Shown in pieces: positions 1 through 14,700 of a DNA stretch of 64,000 bases (position 1 is its first letter; each line of letters starts with the position of its first letter). Where the stretch lies: NCBI GenBank assembly GCA_964016885.1, contig OZ024743.1, positions 297,414,001 through 297,478,000 on the forward strand, given 5' to 3'. The position numbers and the translations under genes were made by a program. This stretch comes from Eledone cirrhosa (taxonomy: Eukaryota). The notes under the pieces are model-generated. The model saw nothing but the letters and a program-made list of their open reading frames with translations, was not told the origin of the DNA and made no database searches.

Positions 1-269
1 GAGTTAGGAGAGGAGATACCAGTGACATATGTAAGAGTTAGGAGAGGAGATAACAGTGACGTATGTAAGAGTTAGGAGAGGAGATACCAGTGACGTTCGT
101 AAGAGTTAGGAGAGGAGATACCAGTGACGTATGTATGAATTAGGAGAGGAGATACCAGTGACGTATGTAAGAGTTAGGAAGGAGATATCAGTGACGTATG
201 TAAGAGTTAGGAGAGGAGATACCAGTGACGTATGTAAGAGTTCGGAGAGGAGATACCAGTGACGTATGT

Positions 270-1950
270 AAGAGTTAGGAGAGGAGATACTAGTAACGTA
301 TGTAAGAGTTAGGAGAGGAGATATCAGTGACGTATGTCAGAGTTAGGAGAGGATATACCAGTGACGTATGTAAGAGTTAGGGGAGGAGATACCAGTGACG
401 TATGTAAGAGTTATGAGAGGGGATACCCGTGACGTATGTAAGAGTTAGAAGAGGAGATACCAGTGACCTATGTAAGAGTTATGAGAGGAGATACCAGTGA
501 CGTATGTAAGAGTTAGGAGAGGAGATACCAGTGACGTATGTAAGTGTTACGAGAGGAGATACCAGTGACGTATGTAAGAGTTAGGAGAGGAGATACCAGT
601 GACGTACGTAAGAGCTAGGAGAGGAGATACCAGTGACGTATGTAAGAGTTAGGAGAGGAGATACCAGTGACGTATGTAAGAGTTAGGAGAGGAGATACCA
701 GTGACGTATGGAAGAGTTAGGAAGGAGATACCAGTGACGTATGTAAGAGTTAGGAGATACCAGTGACGTATGCAAGAGTTAGGAGAGGAGATACCAGTGA
801 CGTATGTAAGAGTTAGGAGTGGAGATACCAGTGACGTATGTAAGTGTTAGGGGAAGAGATACCAGTGACGTATGTAAGAGTTACGAGAGGAGATACCAGT
901 GACGTATGTAAGTGTTAGGGGAGGAGATACCAGTGACGTATGTAAGAGTTAGGAGAGGAGATACCAGTGACGTATGTAAGAGTTAGGAGAGGAGATACCA
1001 GTGCCGTATGTAAGAGTTAGGGGAGGAGATACCAGTGACGTATGTAAGAGCTAGGGGAGGAGATACCAGTGACATATGTAAGAGTTAGGAGAGGAGATAC
1101 TAGTAACGTATGTAAGAGTTAGGAGAGGAGATATCAGTGACGTATGTCAGAGTTAGGAGAGGATATACCAGTGACGTATGTAAGAGTTAGGGGAGGAGAT
1201 ACCAGTGACGTATGTAAGAGTTATGAGAGGGGATACCCGTGACGTATGTAAGAGTTAGGAGAGGAGATACCAGTGACCTATGTAAGAGTTATGAGAGGAG
1301 ATACCAGTGACGTATGTAAGAGTTAGGAGAGGAGATACCAGTGACGTATGTAAGTGTTACGAGAGGAGATACCAGTGACGTATGTAAGAGTTAGGAGAGG
1401 AGATACCAGTGACGTATGTAAGAGCTAGGAGAGGAGATACCAGTGACGTATGTAAGAGTTAGGAGAGGAGATACCAGTGACGTATGTAAGAGTTAGGAGA
1501 GGAGATACCAGTGACGTATGTAAGAGTTAGGAGATACCAGTGACGTATGCAAGAGTTAGGAGAGGAGATACCAGTGACGTATGTAAGAGTTAGGAGAGGA
1601 GATACCAGTGACGTATGTAAGAGTTAGGAGATACCAGTGACGTATGCAAGAGTCAGGAGAGGAGATACCAGTGACGTATGTAAGAGTTAGGAGAGGAGAT
1701 ACCAGTGACGTATGTAAGTGTTAGGGGAAGAGATACCAGTGACGTATGTAAGAGTTACGAGAGGAGATACCAGTGACGTATGTAAGTGTTAGGGGAGGAC
1801 ATACCAGTGACGTATGTAAGAGTTAGGAGAGGAGATACCAGTGACGTATGTAAGAGTTAGGAGAGGAGATACCAGTGCCGTATGTAAGAGTTAGGGGAGG
1901 AGATACCAGTGACGTATGTAAGAGCTAGGGGAGGAGATACCAGTGACGTA
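270..1950 (+). repeat. Imperfect tandem duplication, offset 810 bp (24 monomers)
   Basis: TAGTAACG at 291/1101 and GGATACCCGT at 421/1231. The offset shifts to 874 distally (GTGCCG 1001/1875) through monomer gain and loss. Confidence 0.8.
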
Positions 1951-3149
1951 TGTAAGAGTTAGGAGAGGAGATACCAGTGACGTATGTAAGAGTTAGGAGA
2001 GGAGATACCAGTGACGTATGTAAGAGTTAGGAGAGGAGATACCAGTGACGTATGTAAGAGTTAGGAGAGGAGATACCAGTGACGTATGTAAGAGTTAGGA
2101 GAGGAGATACCAGTGACGTATGGGAAAGTTAGGAAGGAGATATCAGCGACGTATGTAAGAGTTAGCCAGGAGATACCAGTGACGTTTGTAAGAGTTAGGA
2201 GAGGAGATACCAGTGACGTATGTATGAGTTAGGAGAGGAGATACCAGTGACGTATGTAAGAGTTATGAAGGAGATATCAGTGACGTATGTAAGAGTTAGG
2301 AGAGGAGATACCAGTGACGTATGTAAGAGTTCGGAGAGGAGATACCAGTGACGTACGTAAGAGTTAGGAGAGGAGATACCAGTGACGTATGTAAGAGTTA
2401 GGAGAGGAGATACCACTGACGTATGTAAGAGTTAGGAGAGGATATACCAGTGACGTATGTAACAGTTAGGAGAGGAGATACCAGTGACGTATGTAAGAGT
2501 TAGGGGAGGAGATACCAGTGACGTATGTAAGAGTTAGGAGAGGAGATACCAGTGACGTATGTAAGAGTTAGGAGAGGAGATACCAGTTACGTATGTAAGA
2601 GTTAGGGGAGGAGATACCAGTGACGTATGTAAGAGTTAGGAGAGGAGATACCAGTGACGTATGTAAGAGTTAGGGGAGGAGATACCAGTGACGTATGTCA
2701 GAGTTAGGAGAGGAGATACCAGTGACGTATGTAAGAGTTACGAGAGGAGATACCAGTGACGTATGTAAGTGTTAGGGGAGGAGATACCAGTAACGTATGT
2801 AAGAGTTAGGAGAGGAGATACTAGGGACGTATGTAAGAGTTAGGAGAGGAGATATCAGTGACGTATGTCAGAGTTAGGAGAGGAGATACCAGTGACGTAT
2901 TTAAGTGTTAGTGGAGGAGATACCAGTGCCGTATGTAAGAGTTAGGAAGGAGATACCAGTGACGTATGTAAGAGTTACGAGAGGAGATACCAGTGACGTA
3001 TGTAAGTGTTAGGGGAGGAGATACCAGTGACGTATGTAAGAGTAAGGAGAGGAGATACTAGTAACGTATGTAAGAGTTAGGAGAGGAGATATCAGTGACG
3101 TATGTCAGAGTTAGGAGAGGATATACCAGTGACGTATGTAAGAGTTAGG

Positions 3150-5100
3150 GGAGGAGATACCAGTGACGTATGTAAGGTTTATGAGAGGGGATACCCGTGA
3201 CGTATGTAAGAGTTAGGAGAGGAGATACCAGTGACGCATGTAAGAGTTAGGAGAGGAGATACCAGTGACGTATGTAAGAGTTAGGAGAGGAGATACCAGT
3301 GACGTATGTAAGTGTTACGAGAGGAGATACCAGTGACGTATGTAAGAGTTAGGAGAGGAGATACCAGTGACGTATGTAAGAGTTAGGAGAGGAGATACCA
3401 GTGACGTATGTAAGAGCTAGGAGAGGAGATACCAGTGACGTATGTAAGTGTTAGGAGAGGAGATACCAGTGACGTATGTAAGAGTTAGGAGAGGAGATAC
3501 CAGTGACGTATGTAAGAGTTAGGAGAGGAGAAACCAGTGACGTATGTAAGTGTTAGGGGAAGAGATACCAGTGACGTATGTAAGAGTTAGGAGAGGAGAT
3601 ACCAGTGACGTATGTAAGAGTTAGGGGAGGAGATACCAGTGACGTATGTCAGAGTTAGGAGAGGAGATACCAGTGACGTATGTAAGAGTTACGAAAGGAG
3701 ATACCAGTGACGTATGTAAGTGTTAGGGGAGGAGATACCAGTAACGTATGTAAGAGTTAGGAGAGGAGATACTAGGGACGTATGTAAGAGTTAGGAGAGG
3801 AGATGTCAGTGACGTATGTCAGAGTTAGGAAGGAGATACCAGGGCCGTATGTAAGTGTTACGAGAGGAGATACCAGTGACGTATGTAAGAGCTAGGGGAG
3901 GAGATACCAGTGACGTATGTAAGATTTAGGAGAGGAGATACCAGTGCCGTATGTAAGAGTTAGGGGAGGAGATACCATTGACGTATGTAAGAGCTAGGGG
4001 AGGAGATACCAGTGACGTATGTAAGAGTTAGGAGAGGAGATACCAGTGACGTATGTAAGAGTTAGGAGAGGAGATACCAGTGACGTATGTAAGAGTTAGG
4101 AGAGGAGATAGCAGTGACGTATGTAAGAGTTAGGAGAGGAGATACCAGTGACGTATGGAAGAGTTAGGAAGGAGATATCAGCGACGTATGTAAGAGTTAG
4201 CAAGGAGATACCAGTGACGTATGTAAGAGTTAGGGGAGGAGATACCAGTGACGTATGTAAGAGTTATGAGAGGGGATACCCGTGACGTATGTAAGAGTTA
4301 GGAGAGGAGATACCAGTGACGTATGTAAGAGTTAGGAGAGGAGATACCAGTGACGTATGTAAGAGTTAGGAGAGGAGATACCAGTGACGTATGTAAGAGC
4401 TAGGAGAGGAGATACCAGTGACGTATGTAAGTGTTAGGAGAGGAGATACCAGTGACGTATGTAAGAGTTAGGAGATGAGATACCAGTGACGTATGTAAGA
4501 GTTAGGAGAGGAGAAACCAGTGACGTATGTAAGTGTTAGGGGAAGAGATACCAGTGACGTATGTAAGAGTTAGGAGAGGAGATACCAGTGACGTATGTAA
4601 GAGTTAGGGGAGGAGATACCAGTGACGTATGTCAGAGTTAGGAGAGGAGATACCAGTGACGTATCTAAGAGTTACGAAAGGAGATACCAGTGACGTATGT
4701 AAGTGTTAGGGGAGGAGATACCAGTAACGTATGTAAGAGTTAGGAGAGGAGATACTAGGGACGTATGTAAGAGTTAGGAGAGGAGATATCAGTGACGTAT
4801 GTCAGAGTTAGGAAGGAGATACCAGTGCCGTATGTAAGTGTTACGAGAGGAGATACCAGTGACGTATGTAAGAGCTAGGGGAGGAGATACCAGTGACGTA
4901 TGTAAGAGTTAGGAGAGGAGATACCAGTGACGTATGTAAGAGTTAGGAGAGGAGATACCAGTGACGTATGTAAGAGTTAGGAGAGGAGATACCAGTGACG
5001 TATGTAAGAGTTAGGAGAGGAGACACCAGTGACGTATGGAAGAGTTAGGAAGGAGATATCAGCGACGTATGTAAGAGTTAGCAAGGAGATACCAGTGACG
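3150..5100 (+). repeat. Imperfect tandem duplication, core offset 983 bp (29 monomers)
   Basis: AAACCAG at 3531/4514 and ACGAAAG at 3691/4674. Confidence 0.8.
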
Positions 5101-7479
5101 CATGTAAGAGTTACGGGAGGAGATACCAGTGACGTATGTAAGAGTTAGGAGAGGAGATACCAGTGACGTATGTAAGAGTTAGGAGAGGAGATACCAGTGA
5201 CGTATGGAAGAGTTAGGAAGGAGATATCAGTGACGTATGTAAGAGTTAGGAGAGGAGATACCAGTGACGTATGTAAGAGTTAGGAGAGGAGATACCAGTG
5301 ACGTATGTAAGAGTTAGGAGAGGAGATACCAGTGACGTTTGTAAGAGTTAGGAGAGGAGATACCAGTGACGTATGTATGAGTTAGGAGAGGAGATACCAG
5401 TGACGTATGTAAGAGTTATGAAGGAGATATCAGTGACGTATGTAAGAGTTAGGAGAGGAGATACCAGTGACGTATGTAAGAGTTCGGAGAGGAGATACCA
5501 GTGACGTACGTAAGAGTTAGGAGAGGAGATACCAGTGACGTATGTAAGAGTTAGGAGAGGAGATACCACTGACGTATGTAAGAGTTAGGAGAGGATATAC
5601 CAGTGACGTATGTAACAGTTAGGAGAGGAGATACCAGTGACGTATGTAAGTGTTAGGGGAGGAGATACCAGTGACGTATGTCAGAGTTAGGAGAGGAGAT
5701 ACCAGTGACGTATGTAAGCGTTAGGAGAGGAGATACCAGTGACGTATTTAAGTGTTAGGGGAGGAGATACCAGTGCCGTATGTAAGAGTTAGGAAGGAGA
5801 TACCAGTGACGTATGTAAGAGTTACGAGAGGAGATACTAGTGACGTATGTAAGTGTTAGGGGAGGAGATACCAGTGACGTATGTAAGAGTTAGGAGAGGA
5901 GATACTAGTGACGTATGTTAGAGTTAGGAGAGGAGATATCAGTGACGTATGTCAGAGATAGGAGAGGAGATACCAGTGACGTATTTAAGTGTTAGGGGAG
6001 GAGATACCAGTGCCGTATGTAAGAGTTAGGAAGGACTTACCAGTGACGTATGTAAGAGTTACGAGAGGAGATACCAGTGACGTATGTAAGTGTTAGGGGA
6101 GGAGATACCAGTGACGTATGTAAGAGTTAGGAGAGGAGATACTAGTGACGTATGTAAGAGTTAGGAGAGGAGATACCAGTGACGCATGTAAGAGTTAGGG
6201 GAGGAGATACCAGTGACGTATGTAAGAGTTTGGAGAGGAGATACCATTGACGTATGTAAGAGTTAGGAGAGGAGATATCAATGACGTATGTAAGAGTTAG
6301 GATGGAGATACCAGTGACGTATGTAAGTGTTACGAGAGGAGATATCAGTGACGTATGTAAGAGTTAGGAGAGGAGATACCAGTGACGTATGTAAGAGTTA
6401 GGAGAGGAGATACCAGTGACGTATGTAAGAGTTAGGGGAGGAGATACCAGTGACGTATGTCAGAGTTAGGAGAGGAGATACCAGTGACGTATGTAAGCGT
6501 TAGGAGAGGAGATACCAGTGACGTATGTAAGAGTTAGGGGAGGAGATACCAGTGACGTATGTAAGAGTTAGGGGAGGAGATACCAGTGAGGTATGTAAGA
6601 GTTAGGAGAGGAGATACTAGTGACGTATGTAAGAGTTAGGAGAGGAGATACCAGTGACGTATGTAAGAGTTAGGGGAGGAGATACCAGTGACGTATGTAA
6701 GAGTTAGGGGAGGAGATACCAGTGACGTATGTAAGAGTTAGGAGAGGAGATACCAGTGACGTATGTAAGAGTTAGGAGAGGAGATACCAGTTACGTATGT
6801 AAGAGTTAGGGGAGGAGATACCAGTGACGTATGTAAGAGTTAGGAGAGGAGATACCAGTGACGTATGTAAGAGTTAGGGGAGGAGATACAAGTGACGTAT
6901 GTAAGAGTTAGGAGAGGAGATACCAGTGACGTATGTAAGAGTTAGGGCAGGAGATACCAGTGACGTATGTAAGAGTTAGGAGAGGAGATACCAGTGACGT
7001 ATGTAAGAGTTAGGGGAGGAGATACCAGTGACGTATGTCAGAGTTAGGAGAGGTGATACCAGTGACGTATGTAAGAGTTACGAGAGGAGATACCAGTGAC
7101 GTATGTAAGTGTTAGGGGAGGAGATACCAGTAACGTATGTAAGAGTTAGGAGAGGAGATACTAGGGACGTATGTAAGAGTTAGGAGAGGAGATATCAGTG
7201 ACGTATGTCAGAGTTAGGAGAGGAGATACCAGTGACGTATTTAAGTGTTAGGGGAGGAGATACCAGTGCCGTATGTAAGAGTTAAGAAGGAGATACCAGT
7301 GACGTATGTAAGAGTTACGAGAGGAGATACCAGTGACGTATGTAAGTGTTAGGGGAGGAGATACCAGTGACGTATGTAAGAGTTAGGAGAGGAGATACTA
7401 GTAACGTATGTAAGAGTTAGGAGAGGAGATATCAGTGACGTATGTCAGAGTTAGGAGAGGATATACCAGTGACGTATGT

Positions 7480-9980
7480 AAGAGTTAGGGGAGGAGATAC
7501 CAGTGACGTATGTAAGAGTTATGAGAGGGGATACCCGTGACGTATGTAAGAGTTAGGAGAGGAGATACCAGTGACGTATGTAAGAGTTAGGAGAGGAGAT
7601 ACCAGTGACGTATGTAAGAGTTAGGAGAGGAGATACCAGTGACGTATGTAAGTGTTACGAGAGGAGATACCATTGACGTATGTAAGAGTTAGGAGAGGAG
7701 ATACCAGTGACGTATGTAAGAGTTAGGAGAGGAGATACCAGTGACGTATGTAAGAGCTAGGAGAGGAGATACCAGTGACGTATGTAAGTGTTAGGAGAGG
7801 AGATACCAGTGACGTATGTAAGAGTTAGGAGAGGAGATACCAGTGACGTATGTAAGAGTTAGGAGAGGAGATACCAGTGACGTATGTAAGAGCTAGGGGA
7901 GGAGATACCAGTGACGTATGTAAGAGTTAGGAGAGGAGATACCAGTGCCGTATGTAAGAGTTAGGGGAGGAGATACCAGTGACGTATGTAAGAGTTAGGA
8001 GAGGAGATACCAGTGACGTATGTAAGAGCTAGAGGAGGAGATACCAGTGACGTATGTAAGAGTTAGGAGAGGAGATACCAGTGACGTATGTAAGAGTTAG
8101 GAGAGGAGATACCAGTGACGTATGTAAGAGTTAAGAGAGGAGATACCAGTGACGTATGTAAGAGTTAGGAGAGGAGATACCAGTGACGTATGTAAGAGTT
8201 AGGAGAGGAGATACCAGTGACGTATGTAAGAGTTAGGAGAGGAGATACCAGTGACGTATGGAAGAGTTAGGAAGGAGATATCAGCGACGTATGTAAGAGT
8301 TAGCAAGGAGATACCAGTGACGTATGTAAGAGTTAGGGGAGGAGAGACCAGTGACGTATGTAAGAGTTAGGAGAGGAGATACCAGTGACGTATGTAAGAG
8401 TTAGGAGAGGAGATACCAGTGACGTATGGAAGAGTTACGAAGGAGATATCAGTGACGTATGTAAGAGTTAGGAGAGGAGATACCAGTGACGTATGTAAGA
8501 GTTAGGAGAGGAGATACCAGTGACGTATGTAAGAGTTAGGAGAGGAGATACCAGTGACGTTTGTAAGAGTTAGGAGAGGAGATACCAATGACGTATGTAT
8601 GAGTTAGGAGAGGAGATACCAGTGACGTATGTAAGAGTTCGGAGAGGAGATACCAGTGACGTATGTAAGAGTTAGGAGAGGAGATACCAGTGACGTATAT
8701 AAGAGTTAGGAGAGGAGATACCAGTGACGTATGTAAGAGTTAGGAGAGGAGATACCAGTGACGTATGTGAGAGTTACGAGAGGAGATACCAGTGACGTAT
8801 GTAAGTGTTAGGGGAGGAGATACCAGTAACGTATGTAAGAGTTAGGGGAGGAGATACCAGTGACGTATGTAAGAGTTATGAGAGGGGATACCCGTGACGT
8901 ATGTAAGAGTTAGGAGAGGAGATACCAGTGACGTATGTAAGAGTTAGGAGAGGAGATACCAGTGACGTATGTAAGAGTTAGGAGAGGAGATACCAGTGAC
9001 GTATGTAAGTGTTACGAGAGGAGATACCATTGACGTATGTAAGAGTTAGGAGAGGAGATACCAGTGACGTATGTAAGAGTTAGGAGAGGAGATACCAGTG
9101 ACGTATGTAAGAGCTAGGAGAGGAGATACCAGTGACGTATGTAAGTGTTAGGAGAGGAGATACCAGTGACGTATGTAAGAGTTAGGAGAGGAGATACCAG
9201 TGACGTATGTAAGAGTTAGGAGAGGAGATACCAGTGACGTATGTAAGAGCTAGGGGAGGAGATACCAGTGACGTATGTAAGAGTTAGGAGAGGAGATACC
9301 AGTGCCGTATGTAAGAGTTAGGGGAGGAGATACCAGTGACGTATGTAAGAGTTAGGAGAGGAGATACCAGTGACGTATGTAAGAGCTAGAGGAGGAGATA
9401 CCAGTGACGTATGTAAGAGTTAGGAGAGGAGATACCAGTGACGTATGTAAGAGTTAGGAGAGGAGATACCAGTGACGTATGTAAGAGTTAAGAGAGGAGA
9501 TACCAGTGACGTATGTAAGAGTTAGGAGAGGAGATACCAGTGACGTATGTAAGAGTTAGGAGAGGAGATACCAGTGACGTATGTAAGAGTTAGGAGAGGA
9601 GATACCAGTGACGTATGGAAGAGTTAGGAAGGAGATATCAGCGACGTATGTAAGAGTTAGCAAGGAGATACCAGTGACGTATGTAAGAGTTAGGGGAGGA
9701 GAGACCAGTGACGTATGTAAGAGTTAGGAGAGGAGATACCAGTGACGTATGTAAGAGTTAGGAGAGGAGATACCAGTGACGTATGGAAGAGTTACGAAGG
9801 AGATATCAGTGACGTATGTAAGAGTTAGGAGAGGAGATACCAGTGACGTATGTAAGAGTTAGGAGAGGAGATACCAGTGACGTATGTAAGAGTTAGGAGA
9901 GGAGATACCAGTGACGTTTGTAAGAGTTAGGAGAGGAGATACCAATGACGTATGTATGAGTTAGGAGAGGAGATACCAGT
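7480..9980 (+). repeat. Duplication, offset 1357 bp (40 monomers)
   Basis: CATTGACG at 7671/9028 and GGAGAGACCA at 8341/9698; 40x34-3=1357. Confidence 0.85.
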
Positions 9981-11749
9981 GACGTATGTAAGAGTTAGGA
10001 GAGGAGATACCAGTGACGTATGTGAGAGTTACGAGAGGAGATACCAGTGACGTATGTAAGTGTTAGGGGAGGAGATACCAGTAACGTATGTAAGAGTTAG
10101 GAGAGGAGATACTAGGGACGTATGTAAGAGTTAGGAGAGGAGATATCAGTGACCTATGTCAGAGTTAGGAGAGGAGATACCAGTGACGTATTTAAGTGTT
10201 AGGGGAGGAGATACCAGTGCCCTATGTAAGAGTTAGGAAGGAGATACCAGTGACGTATGTAAGAGTTACGAGAGGAGATACCAGTGACTTATGTAAGTGT
10301 TAGGGGAGGAGATACCAGTGACGTATGTAAGAGTTAGGAGAGGAGATACTAGTGACGTATGTAAGAGTTAGGAGAGGAGATACCAGTGACGTATGTAAGA
10401 GTTAGGGGAGGAGATACCAGTGACGTATGTAAGAGTTAGGGGAGGAGATACCAGTGACGTATGTAAGAGTTAGGAGAGGAGATACCAGTGACGTATGTAA
10501 GAGTTAGGAGAGGAGATACCAGTTACGTATTTAAGAGTTAGGGGAGGAGATACCAGTGATGTATGTAAGAGTTAGGAGAGGAGATACCAGTGACGTATGT
10601 AAGAGTTAGGGGAGGAGATACAAGTGACGTATGTAAGAGTTAGGAGAGGAGATACCAGTGACGTATGTAAGAGTTAGGGCAGGAGATACCAGTGACGTAT
10701 GTAAGAGTTAGGAGAGGAGATACCAGTGACGTATGTAAGAGTTAGGGGAGGAGATACCAGTGACGTATGTAAGAGTTATGAGGGGGGATACCCGTGACGT
10801 ATGTAAGAGTTAGGAGAGGAGATACCAGTGACGTATGCAAGAGTTAGGAGAGGAGATACCAGTGACGTATGTAAGAGTTAGGAGAGGAGATACCAGTGAC
10901 GTATGTAAGTGTTACGAGAGGAGATACCAGTGACGTATGTAAGAGCTAGGGGAGGAGATACCAGTGACGTATGTAAGAGTTAGGAGAGGAGATACCAGTG
11001 CCGTATGTAAGAGTTAGGGGAGGAGATACCAGTGACGTATGTAAGAGTTAGGAGAGGAGATACCAGTGACGTATGTAAGAGCTAGGGTAGGAGATACCAG
11101 TGACGTATGTAAGAGTTAGGAGAGGAGATACCAGTGACGTATGTAAGAGTTAGGAGAGGAGATACCAGTGACGTATGTAAGAGTTAAGAGAGGAGATACC
11201 AGTGACGTATGTAAGAGTTAGGAGAGGAGATACCAGTGACGTATGTAAGAGCTAGGAGAGGAGATACCAGTGACGTATGTAAGTGTTAGGAGAGGAGATA
11301 CCAGTGACGTATGTAAGAGTTAGGAGAGGAGATACCAGTGACGTATGTAAGAGTTAGGAGAGGAGATACCAGTGACGTATGTAAGTGTTAGGGGAAGAGA
11401 TACCAGTGACGTATGTAAGAGTTAGGAGAGGAGATACCAGTGACGTATGTAAGTGTTAGGGGAGGAGATACCAGTGACGTATGTAAGAGTGAGGAGAGGA
11501 GATATCAGTGACGTATGTCAGAGTTAGGAAGGAGATACCAGTGCCGTATGTAAGTGTTACGAGAGGAGATACCAGTGACGTATGTAAGAGTTAAGAGAGG
11601 AGATACCAGTGACGTATGTAAGAGTTAGGAGAGGAGATACCAGTGACGTATGTAAGAGCTAGGAGAGGAGATACCAGTGACGTATGTATGTGTTAGGAGA
11701 GGAGATACCAGTGACGTATGTAAGAGTTAGGAGAGGAGATACCAGTGAC

Positions 11750-14700
11750 GTATGTAAGAGTTAGGAGAGGAGATACCAGTGACGTATGTAAGAGCTAGGG
11801 GAGGAGATACCAGTGACGTATGTAAGAGTTAGGAGAGGAGATACCAGTGCCGTATGTAAGAGTTAGGGGAGGAGATACCAGTGACGTATGTAAGAGTTAG
11901 GAGAGGAGATACCAGTGACGTATGTAAGACCTAGGGGAGGAGATACCAGTGACGTATGTAAGAGTTAGGAGAGGAGATACCAGTGACGTATGTAAGAGTT
12001 AGGAGAGGAGATACCAGTGACGTATGTAAGAGTTAAGAGAGGAGATACCAGTGACGTATGTAAGAGTTAGGAGAGGAGATACCAGTGACGTATGTAAGAG
12101 TTAGGAGAGGAGATACCAGTGACGTATGTAAGAGTTAGGAGAAGAGATCCCAGTGACGTATGGAAGAGTTAGGAAGGAGATATCAGCGACGTATGTAAGA
12201 GTTAGCAAGGAGATACCAGTGACGTATGTAAGAGTTAGGGGAGGAGATACCAGTGACGTATGTAAGAGTTAGGAGAGGAGATACCAGTGACGTATGTAAG
12301 AGTTAGGAGAGGAGATACCAGTGACGTATGGAAGAGTTAGGAAGGAGATATCAGTGACGTATGTAAGAGTTAGGAGAGGAGATACCAGTGACGTATGTAA
12401 GAGTTAGGAGAGGAGATACCAGTGACGTATGTAAGAGTTAGGAGAGGAGATACCAGTGACGTTTGTAAGAGTTAGGAGAGGAGATACCTATGACGTATGT
12501 ATGAGTTAGGAGAGGAGATACCAGTGACGTATGTAAGAGTTATGAAGGAGATATCAGTGACGTATGTAAGAGTTAGGAGAGGAGATACCAGTGACGTATG
12601 TAAGAGTTCGGAGAGGAGATACCAGTGACGTATGTAAGAGTTAGGAGAGGAGATACCAGTGACGTATGTAAGAGTTAGGAGAGGAGATACCAGTGACGTA
12701 TGTAAGAGTTAGGAGAGGAGATACCAGTGACGTATGTGAGAGTTACGAGAGGAGATACCAGTGACGTATGTAAGTGTTAGGGGAGGAGATACCAGTAACG
12801 TATGTAAGAGTTAGGAGAGGAGATACTAGGGACGTATGTAAGAGTTAGGAGAGGAGATATCAGTGACCTATGTCAGAGTTAGGAGAGGAGATACCAGTGA
12901 CGTATTTAAGTGTTAGGGGAGGAGATACCAGTGCCCTATGTAAGAGTTAGGAAGGAGATACCAGTGACGTATGTAAGAGTTACGAGAGGAGATACCAGTG
13001 ACGTATGTAAGTGTTAGGGGAGGAGATACCAGTGACGTATGTAAGAGTTAGGAGAGGAGATACTAGTGACGTATGTAAGAGTTAGGAGAGGAGATACCAG
13101 TGACGTATGTAAGAGTTAGGGGAGGAGATACCAGTGACGTATGTAAGAGTTAGGGGAGGAGATACCAGTGACGTATGTAAGAGTTAGGAGAGGAGATACC
13201 AGTGACGTATGTAAGAGTTAGGAGAGGAGATACCAGTTACGTATGTAAGAGTTAGGGGAGGAGATACCAGTGACGTATGTAAGAGTTAGGAGAGGAGATA
13301 CCAGTGACGTATGTAAGAGTTAGGGGAGGAGATACAAGTGACGTATGTAAGAGTTAGGAGAGGAGATACCAGTGACGTATGTAAGAGTTAGGGCAGGAGA
13401 TACCAGTGACGTATGTAAGAGTTAGGAGAGGAGATACCAGTGACGTATGTAAGAGTTAGGGGAGGAGATACCAGTGACGTATGTAAGAGTTATGAGGGGG
13501 GATACCCGTGACGTATGTAAGAGTTAGGAGAGGAGATACCAGTGACGTATGCAAGAGTTAGGAGAGGAGATACCAGTGACGTATGTAAGAGTTAGGAGAG
13601 GAGATACCAGTGACGTATGTAAGTGTTACGAGAGGAGATACCAGTGACGTATGTAAGAGTTAGGAGAGGAGATACCAGTGACGTATGTAAGAGCTAGGGG
13701 AGGAGATACCAGTGACGTATGTAAGAGTTAGGAGAGGAGATACCAGTGCCGTATGTAAGAGTTAGGGGAGGAGATACCAGTGACGTATGTAAGAGTTAGG
13801 AGAGGAGATACCAGTGACGTATGTAAGACCTAGGGGAGGAGATACCAGTGACGTATGTAAGAGTTAGGAGAGGAGATACCAGTGACGTATGTAAGAGTTA
13901 GGAGAGGAGATACCAGTGACGTATGTAAGAGTTAAGAGAGGAGATACCAGTGACGTATGTAAGAGTTAGGAGAGGAGATACCAGTGACGTATGTAAGAGT
14001 TAGGAGAGGAGATACCAGTGACGTATGTAAGAGTTAGGAGAAGAGATCCCAGTGACGTATGGAAGAGTTAGGAAGGAGATATCAGCGACGTATGTAAGAG
14101 TTAGCAAGGAGATACCAGTGACGTATGTAAGAGTTAGGGGAGGAGATACCAGTGACGTATGTAAGAGTTAGGAGAGGAGATACCAGTGACGTATGTAAGA
14201 GTTAGGAGAGGAGATACCAGTGACGTATGGAAGAGTTAGGAAGGAGATATCAGTGACGTATGTAAGAGTTAGGAGAGGAGATACCAGTGACGTATGTAAG
14301 AGTTAGGAGAGGAGATACCAGTGACGTATGTAAGAGTTAGGAGAGGAGATACCAGTGACGTTTGTAAGAGTTAGGAGAGGAGATACCTATGACGTATGTA
14401 TGAGTTAGGAGAGGAGATACCAGTGACGTATGTAAGAGTTATGAAGGAGATATCAGTGACGTATGTAAGAGTTAGGAGAGGAGATACCAGTGACGTATGT
14501 AAGAGTTCGGAGAGGAGATACCAGTGACGTATGTAAGAGTTAGGAGAGGAGATACCAGTGACGTATGTAAGAGTTAGGAGAGGAGATACCAGTGACGTAT
14601 GTAAGAGTTAGGAGAGGAGATACCAGTGACGTATGTGAGAGTTACGAGAGGAGATACCAGTGACGTATGTAAGTGTTAGGGGAGGAGATACCAGTAACGT

